From assembly GCA_905178155.1 (NCBI GenBank), contig CAJINV010000002.1, positions 12,964,480 through 13,028,479 of the forward strand: a stretch of 64,000 nucleotides of DNA, read 5' to 3'. Of the stretch, positions 26,701 to 35,700 are shown one piece after another. Within the stretch, counting starts at the first letter, position 1, and each line of letters begins with the position of its first letter. Made by a program: the position numbers and the translations under genes. Under the pieces are notes generated by a model. It did not search any database. It was not told the origin of the DNA and saw only the letters and a program-made list of their open reading frames with translations. Source of the DNA: Amoebophrya sp. A120 (taxonomy: Eukaryota; Protista; Dinoflagellata).

Positions 26701-29700
26701 AATCCTGAGTCAACTGCAGGTCGGCTCAGCTCTGTCTGTCCGGTCCGTCTCACGGTTCGGCTCTCGCATGTCTGTCCTTGATTGCCTAGCCCTTGGCTCC
26801 GCCATCTCGGTGCGCGACTTTGCGCGGGTGCAGGGAGCTGTTTCAGCACAGAGCGACCTTCGCGGCGTGACGCAACTGAGTGTGCAACAACTCGGACAGA
26901 TCGGAAGTACCTTGTCCGTTCGCACGTACGCACGGTTCGGCTCTCGCATGTCCGTCCTCGACTGCTTGGCCATCGGCAGCACGTTCTCGGTTCGCGCGAT
27001 GGCGCGGTGCGGCAGCGGTGCCTCGATCGTCGGTAGCACAGAACTCAGCCAGAAGATCTCCGTGCTGAACTTCTCGAATCTGGGTTCGTCCCTCTCCATT
27101 CGAAGCACCAGCAGGCTCGGGTCAAAACTGTCTACGGTGGATTGCCTGGCGCTAGCAAGCTCTTTGTCTGTTCGTGCGATTGTTCGACTGGGCGGAGACC
27201 TTTCCACGAGTGGGGCGCAAATCCTGCAAGCGAACGTGTCGCTGCTGAGCCAGACAACGGTTGGCAGCACCCTCTCAATCCGTGCGGCAACGAGATGTGG
27301 CAGCCGGGTCTCAGTGCTCGACTTGTTCCAGCTCGGTTCGTCGTTATCCGTCCGAAATTGCGTCCGCATGGGTTCCGCCCTCTCGGTGACCGGTCGCACC
27401 GCGGTTGGCTCGCTGTACAGCACTTCGGTCGTGCAGTGCACCGCGCTTGGCAGCGCCCTGTCGATCCGCTCGATCGCTCGAGCCGGCTCCCGATGCAGTG
27501 TGGTCGACATGTTCGCGCTCAGCTCCAGCATCTCCCTGCGGCATTTCGCGAAACTCGGGTCCTCGCTCAGCATCGCTGGTTCAAAGGTCATCTTCGGCGC
27601 AGCACGCCTGTCGGTTCTGGATAGCGTCACTCTCGGGTCCAGCCTGAGTCTGCGAAACAAGGGCCGCGTCGGCGATCGCGTATCCGTTCTGGACAAGCTG
27701 ATGTTGGGGAGTTCGCTGTCAGTGCGAGCCTCCGCTCGCTTCGGCAGCTCTCTGTCTGTGAACGGACGCCAACTAGTTGGCGGAAACTGCAGCGTCCTGC
27801 AGTTCACGGCACTCAGCAGCTCATTGTCCATTCGGGCGGTCATCCGGGCCGGTTCGCGCCTTTCGATCCTGGATCTGTGCAACCTCGGATCGTCCATCTC
27901 CCTGCGCGCTGCGGTCCGCATTGGCTCGGGGCTTTCGGCGATCGGCTACACGGCTGTCGGAAGCGTGACCAAACTGTCGCTGGTGCAGCACCTCACCCTG
28001 GGCTCCAGCCTCTCGATAAGAAGTACAGGCACCGGCGGAGGCCGAGCCTCCGTCTTGAACTATTTGCAGCTCGGCTCCAGTGTGTCGGTTCGAAACTACG
28101 CGAAGATGGGCTCCAGTATGTCTGTCGTCGGTGGCGGAAAAGTGGGCAAGCACCTCAGCATTCTGAACTTCACGAACTTCGGCAGCAGCATGTCGTTCCG
28201 CAACCATTGCCGCGTGGGAGGCACCGCGTCGATTCTCAGCTTCATTCAGCTGGGATCCTCCCTGTCAGTGCGACAGTACTTGCGCAGCGGCAGCTCCTGC
28301 AGCATCCTGGGGAGCTGTCGCACCGGCCTGCAGGCCTCCGTATTGAGCTGCGCCGCTCTCGGCAGTGCGCTCTCGGTCCGGAACGCCATGCGGTTGGGTA
28401 GTCGCGTTTCTGTTTTGGACTGCTTGAACCTGGGCTCTGCACTTTCCGTACGCGGCTTCGTGCGATTGGGCAGCAGCTGCAGCACGGTCGGCGTGATGGA
28501 GTTCGGCTCCCTGTACCGTTGCAGCGTCCACGACTTCACGAAATTGGCAAGCACGTTGTCCATCCGCAGCTTCGTCCGGCTCGGCTCCCGGGCCTCGGTG
28601 CTCGATTTCATGACGCTCGGCTCGGGCATGAGCATTCGAACCATGGGCCGAGTGGGATCCGGCGTCTCGGTCTGCGGCGCGCAAGCTCGGGTGCAGTCGC
28701 ACCTGTCGGTGTTAGACCTCACGAACTTGAGCAGCACGCTGTCTCTCCGCGGCGCTTCGCGGTGCGGAAAACAGCTCACGATCCTGCAATTCGCCAATCT
28801 CGCAAGTGCGCTTTCGGTGCGGTCGACTGCAAGAATCGGCTCAAAGACGTCGGTTCTCGACCTGCTTGCGCTTGGCAGCGCGCTGAGTGTACGTGGCATT
28901 ACCAGATGCGGCAGTACTTTGTCGGTCGTGGAACCAACGCGCCTTTCCAGCAAGTTCAGCGCGCTGAACCTGGCACAGCTGGGCAGCTCGCTTTCTTTAC
29001 GCGGCCTCGGCAAGAGTGGCAGCAGATGCTCTGTACTCGATTTCATGTCGCTGGGCAGCGCGGTCTCCGTTCGGTCCTTCGTGCGGTACGGTTCCGCTTT
29101 GTCCATCACCAGCGGCGATCGCATCGGGGCCATCTCGCTGTACACGCGCATCAACTGCGGCAGTGCGCTTTCCGTGCGGGGGGTTACCCGTCTGGGCTCT
29201 CGCGCGTCTGTGCTAAACTGCCTGCACCTGGGGAGCTCCCTCTCTCTCCGCGGCTTCATCAGGTCGGCCTCGGCCACCAGCGCCAAGGGCTTCCTCGCCG
29301 TCGGCAGCATGGGCCGGACGTCCGTGATCGACTTCGTCAACGTCAGCAGCTCGCTCTCAGTCCGCGCGGCCTCGCGCCTGGGAGAACGGTTATCCGTCCT
29401 GGACTTCATGAACCTCGGGTCGTCGGTTTCGCTCCGCGCGGTGGGACGGCTCGGCTCGGCGCTCAGCATTTCTGCAACGCAGACGCGAATCTGCGGCATG
29501 GTATCGGTGACAGAGCAACTGCACAGCGGCTCCGCCCTCAGCCTACGATCATTCGCACGCACGGGCTCTCGCGCCTCTGTTCTGTCCTACGCGCAGTTGG
29601 GATCCGCGCTCTCGATTCGGGCCGCCGGCAGGTGTGGTAGCAAGCTTTCGATCCTCGACCTCTTCAACTGCGGGAGTAGCCTGTCGGTTCGAGGCTTCGC

Positions 29701-32700
29701 GAGACTCGGCAGCAACCTCTCGTGCTTCATCGGTACGCACGCGACCATACCGAATTGGAACAGGAGAACCGATAAAGCCGGAGGAAAGCTATCCGTCGTC
29801 GGATGCACGAACTTCGGTTCGGGCGTGTCTCTGCGACACAAGTGCAAGTTCGGCGGCAGACTTTCCGTGCTCGACTTCACAATCATCGGGTCGTCCCTGA
29901 GCATGCGATCGAAAACCCAGACCGGCAAATGCATCAGCGTGCTCGACTCCGCCTGCTTCGGGTCTGGGCTTTCGCTCCGGTCCTTCGTGCGCGCGCCGAA
30001 GACCGCGTCCTGCCTCGCGTTTGCGACGCTCGGTAGCGCTTTGTCCGTCCGCAGTAAGGTTCGCACCAGCAGCAGGTGCTCCGTGCTCGATTTCGCGAAC
30101 TTCGGATCCACGCTGAGTGTGCGCGGAGCCTGCCGGTTCGGCAGCCGGGCATCGGTGTTGGATTGCCTCAACCTCGGCAGCAGCATCTCGATGCGGGCGT
30201 ACAGCCGGCTGGGTAGCAGCGTCTCCATTGCCTCCAGCGTCATCTTTATCAAATGCAAAAGTGTCTGGGTCTGGAAGAGTGCATGCTTGCCTGGCCTGAC
30301 TCTTAAATCTGTCATGCACGTTACCCACGTTACCCAGAAGGCTCGGCTGAAGTTGGGTTTTAGGATTTTGGCTTCCAAAAATCGACAGGGGTCTGGGCTT
30401 CCAAAATCCTAAAACCCAGTTTGTCATGCAGAAAAATAGGCAACACCTAGGAGCCCAAAAATTTGTCATGCTGTGCCAACACAACTTGTGGCCTCCTCAT
30501 GATAGTACAAGTACGCCACCCAGCATCACAAATTTATTCCAGACCCAGACCTATTCGCAGTTCATAATCTTCAACGGCGCCTCGTACCCGTTGTCAGTCG
30601 TGCAGCAAATCGACCTCGGCAGCACGTTGAGCGTGCGGGGCGCCACCCGGTGCGGTAGCAAACTGTCCGTCCTCGATTGCCTCCACCTTGGCAGCGGCAT
30701 GAGCATCCGCTCCTTCCTCCGCTGCGGTTCTAACGTCTCCGTTGCGGGGGCGCTCGTGTTCGGCTCGATCACACACATCAGCCTGCTGAACCACGTGAAC
30801 CTGGGAAGCACTCTTTCGGTGCGCACCCACTTCCGGTGCGGCAGCCGCGCCTCCGTTCTCGACTACCTCCACGTGGGCGCAAGTCTGTCGGTCCGTAACC
30901 GAGCGCAGATCGGCACCAACACCTCAGTGCTGGAATTGGTGAATCTCGGCAGTTCGGTCTCCCTGCGCGTCTGTACCAAGCTCGGCTCCAGGCTGTCCGT
31001 GCTGAACTTCGTGCACTGTGGGAGCTCGTTGTCCGTCCGTGGAAGGACCACCAGTGGCGCGACCGGACGAATGTCCGTGTTCAACATGTTCGCTCTGGGC
31101 AGCAGCATCTCTGTGCGCGCCGCGACTCGACTGGGCTCCAACCTTTCCCTCGCCGGAAAACCGCTCTTGGGCGACGGCGCGTCGGTGTTGCAGCGAATGA
31201 ACCTCGGATCGGCCCTGAGCCTGAGAAGCACCAGTAGGTTGGGTAGCTGCGCTTCCATCCTGAGCTTCGCCATGCTCGGCTCCGCCTTGTCCATTCGAAA
31301 CTTCGCCCGGTGCGGCAGCTCGCTCTCCGTGCATTCCGTGTGCAAGGCGCTGGGCTCCGTCTCCAAGGTGTCGGTGGTAAACTTCCAGGCTATGGGCAGC
31401 TCGCTTTCCGTCCGCAGTACCGTCCGTCTCGGGTCCAAATGCTCGGTGTGCGACCACTTTGCGCTCGGAAGTACCCTCAGCCTCCGATCCTTCGTGCGGG
31501 CAGATGACCGCGTTTCCGTACTCGGGTATCTGCACCTCGGCAGCTCGCTGTCACTGCGTGCGGCGAGCCGGTTCGGCTCCGGCATGAGCGTTTATGGCGA
31601 AGTGCCGCTCGGCGACAAGTTCTCCGTGCTCAACTTCCAGGGCTTGGGCAGCAGCCTGTCTATCCGCGGCCGGCTGACCAACCACATGCGTGTCAGTGTG
31701 CTCGACTGCCTCACCCTGGGCAGCAGCGTCTCGCTGCGCGCGGTCAGCCGCCTGGGCTCCGGTCTTTCGGTGAAAGGACTCGTGCGCGGGTGCATCGGCA
31801 GCAACCCGTTCATCGGGCTGAGCCACAGCAAGTCCGTGATTGAGCACGTGCACCTCGGCAGCAGTTTATCCGTCCGCGGGTACCTGCGGGCCGGTGAGAA
31901 GCTCAGCGTGCTGGGCTTCGTGCACTGCGCGTCCACCCTGTCCGTGCGGGGCATCAACAAGTTTGGCAGCCGCCTCAGCCTGTTCGACACCCTGGCTCTC
32001 GGCTCCGCGATCAGCCTCCGCCACTTCATGCGGCTGGGCTCCGCGTTGTCCGTCGAAACCGCCGATTTGGATTTGTCCGGCAGCCAGTACACCAAGATCC
32101 GGAAGGACAGCGTCAGCGGCTACCTCTCGGTGGCGCAGCAGGCCTTCATCGGCAGTTCGTTCTCCCTGCGGGGCTTCGCGAAGATGGGCAGTCGGTTGTC
32201 GACGCTCGACTTCATGCTCCTGGGCAGCAGCGTGTCCATCCGAAGCTTCAGCCGCCTGGGTAGTTCGCTCTCAATGCACGCGGGATTGTGCGGCTTCGGT
32301 TCCAGCATTGACAACGGGTCATCGAAAGGATTGTCCATCACGCAGCACATGAACGTCGCGAGTACGCTTTCGCTGCGGGGCGTTGCCTACATGGGTTCCC
32401 GCCACAGCGTGCTCAACTACCTCAACCTCGGGTCCGCTCTGTCGGTCCGAGGTGCGGGGCGGTTCGGCTCGCGGGCCAGCGTGCTCGACTTCCTGATGTG
32501 CGGGTCCACAGTGTCGACTCGTGCCTTTGTGCGGACCGGCAGTTCCTGTTCGGTGGTGGGCAGGGGGCGGCTCCAAGGCGAGCTCTCGCTCCTAGACATG
32601 GTCACGGTCGGCAGCTCGCTCTCCATGCGCAGCTACCTGCGGTTAGAAGGAAAGCTGTCGCTGTACAACACCGGTCGCGTCGGTGGCCGCGCTTCCCTGA

Positions 32701-35700
32701 TGGACATCGCCATGTTGGGAAGTATGCTGTCCCTGCGGTCCATGACCCGGCTTGGCTCCTCGACGTCGCTCTTCAGCAATTGCCGGGTCGCCGGCAACGT
32801 GAGCATTCTCTCGTTCCTCAGCACGGGCAGCTCGCTGTCCGTCCGGGGAGCGATCCGGGCCGGCTCTCGAGCATCCGTGTTCGACTGCCTCGCGCTGGGG
32901 TCGAGCATGTCGCTCAGATCCTTCGTTCGCCTCAACAGCGGCCTGTCTGTGGCGGGACGATTCGGTATTTCTTTTGAAATCATGGTGCTTGTTAATGCCC
33001 TTTTGATACAAAGTAGTGAGCAACCACCTGTGTGATGTTCTGATTTTTCTCCAACAATACCAAAAGGCGTAAAACGTCATAGGTCGCGAGCGCATGATGA
33101 AACTTTTCCCAAAACGTACACAACAGATCTGCCAAGCGTCTCCTCGTTGTCGGTGGTGCAGTGCACGAGCCTCGGGTCCTCCTTGAGCGTCCGAGGATTC
33201 ACCAGGGTATGATATTTTCTATACCATTTTGATTTTTGATGCAATTGGTTTATTTCGAAACCTGAAGACTCAGGCTGAATCTGGCAATAGACGTGATGGT
33301 GATCAAGATCTTCACTATTACGACGATGGACTTTTTTTTCTGGCGGCGGCCACCAGGACTTTTTTTGCTCCGTGGTGTGTGACCACCAGGACTCTTTTTG
33401 CTCCGTGGTGTGTGGCCACCAGGACTTCTCTTGCTGGTGGTGACCACCAGGACTTTTTTTGCTCCGTGGTGACCGCCAGGACTTTTTTTGCTCCGTGGTG
33501 TGTGACCACCAGGACTCTTTTTGCTCCGTGGTGTGTGGCCACCAGGACTTCTCTTGCTGGTGGTGACCACCAGGACTTTTTTTGCTCCGTGGTGTGTGAC
33601 CACCAGGACTTTTTTTTCTGGCGGCGGCCACCAGGACTTCTCTTGCTTTGTGGTGGCCACCAGGACTTCTCTTGCTTTGTGGTGGCCAACAGGACTTCTC
33701 TTGCTGGTGGTGACCACCAGGACTTTTTTTGCTCCGTGGTGTGTGACCACCAGGACTTCTCTTGCTTGAGCGTCCGAGGATTCACAAGGGTATCACGACT
33801 TTTTTTTTGAATTTGATGCAATTGGTTTAAGTAAGTATTTCGAAACCTGAGCCTACTAGCAATAGACGTGATGGCGATCAAGATCTTCACCATTACGACG
33901 ATGTGATAGCAAAACCATCAATGATCAGCATCAGATGTGAAGATAGTGAAACTGCATGCGTTATTCCTCCCTTGACATTCAAAAAAACCAACTATACCAG
34001 CTTTCGTCAAGGGCCAGCGTGCTGGATTACATGCACATTGGTAGCTGCTTGAGCGTCCGGGGCCAAGTTTTGTCCGGTACCAAGCTGCACCGTTCCGCGT
34101 CCGTGATGGACTTCTTGACTCTGGGCAACGCCATGTCGATCCGTTGCTTCACCCACAAGGGCGGCCCGCCACGCGTCTCAGTCTTCGACTTTGTCACGTT
34201 GGGCTCCGCTCTGTCGGTCCGCAGCAGAATCCGGTGCGGATCGTCCTGCTCGGTAACATGATAAAAACGTTACTTTGCTTGATTTTTTTCCTTTTGTTCG
34301 GTTTTATTCTTGCATTACATCAGTTTCGATGTCCTTGCGCATCTCATATCAGCAGAGAATGATTACACGATGAAATGTTAGTTCATCTTACCTCAACCTT
34401 CTACGCCAAAAAACTTTCATCATCCTCAGGTTCTGGATATGGCGAGATTCGGCTCGAGCCTATCGCTCCGGCAAAATGCGCGATTAGGAAGCCGGGTTTC
34501 AGTCATTAACTTCCTAAACCTGGGCTCGTGCCTATCGGTGCGCGCACCTGGCAAGGTACGGTGTAGCGGCAAAGCGTCGGTCCTGAACTTCGTGGCCCTG
34601 GGATCCGGTCTTTCTGTGCGTAGCTTCTCACGACTCGGCAGCACGCTGTCGGCGGCCGGAAACCTCGCAACCGGCAAGTTCTCCGTCTCGCAACAAATGA
34701 CTGCCGGATCCACGCTCTCAGTTCGTGGATTCTCCAGATTTGGTATGATCTACAGTTTCACATAACTTTTCTTTTTCGGTACTTCTACTTCTCGCAGCAC
34801 TTCTAAAGTAAGTAGATTTAAAATTCCAAGAACATGAACTTGTGGGCGAAGATGAAAAAGCCTCCAGTAAGAAATCCGCAACGATTCATCGGAGAAATCA
34901 AACACTACAGGTTCTAGAGCCAGTGTTCTGGACATGTTCCAGCTGGGATCGCAACTCAGCGTACGGGGCTTCGTGCGGTGCAATTCGGCACTGAGCGCCG
35001 TCGGCTTGGTTGCGGCGGGCTCGATTTCCAAGCTGTCCGTCGCGCAGATGACGCACATCGGATCGTACTTTTTTACCATCTGTTTCTTTTTTTTCCTCAT
35101 GATGATGTTGCAAAAAAATAAGACTCTAACCCACCGGGTGCTGTCATGCCTTAAATTCTAAATTCATGTTTGCCATCTTTCCCATAACAACCATTCACAG
35201 GTCCTTGTCGATCCGCGGTGCGATGCGGTGTGGCAGTCGCGCTTCCCTTTTGGATTGTCTGCATCTGGGCTCCACGGTCTCGTTGCGCGCCGTCTGCCGG
35301 CTCGGTAGCAGCGCGTCGGCGTATGGACGATCAAGTGTGCAAAGCACGTGCAGTGTGATGGATTCGACCTTCCTGGGATCCGGAATCAGTCTGCGTTCCT
35401 TCGCCACGATTAGCAGCCGATTCTCCGTGATTGACATGCTCCGAATCGGTATACAAACTGTTTCTTCAACATGTTCTTTGTTTCAAAGACCTTTCCTCGA
35501 TTCTCCGCTCCAATAGCGATCTTGGTGAGTTAGTTCTCTTCGAGCCATTTCCATTTACGATTGCCACTGTATATCAATGCATCCCATCAAAAAACCGCAG
35601 GTTCGTCGGTGTCCCTCCGTGCATTCGGCCGCCTTAGCTCATCGGTGAGTGTGTACCAAGCGCTGCAGTCCGGCGGCAATTGCAGTGTGCTGAAATTTGC

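Noticed and set aside
30247-30571. Apparent stop at 30412 and new start MQKNRQHLG at 30426
   Set aside because: Both lie inside the second introner.
1424-33095. Hundreds of minus-strand and alternate-frame ORFs overlapping the giant gene
   Set aside because: They are shadows of a GC-rich, repetitive coding frame and carry no independent motifs.
33328-33764. CRISPR-like short repeats and repeat-derived ORFs (TTRTFFAPWCV)
   Set aside because: No unique spacers and no cas genes. It is a minisatellite inside a GT-AG intron.
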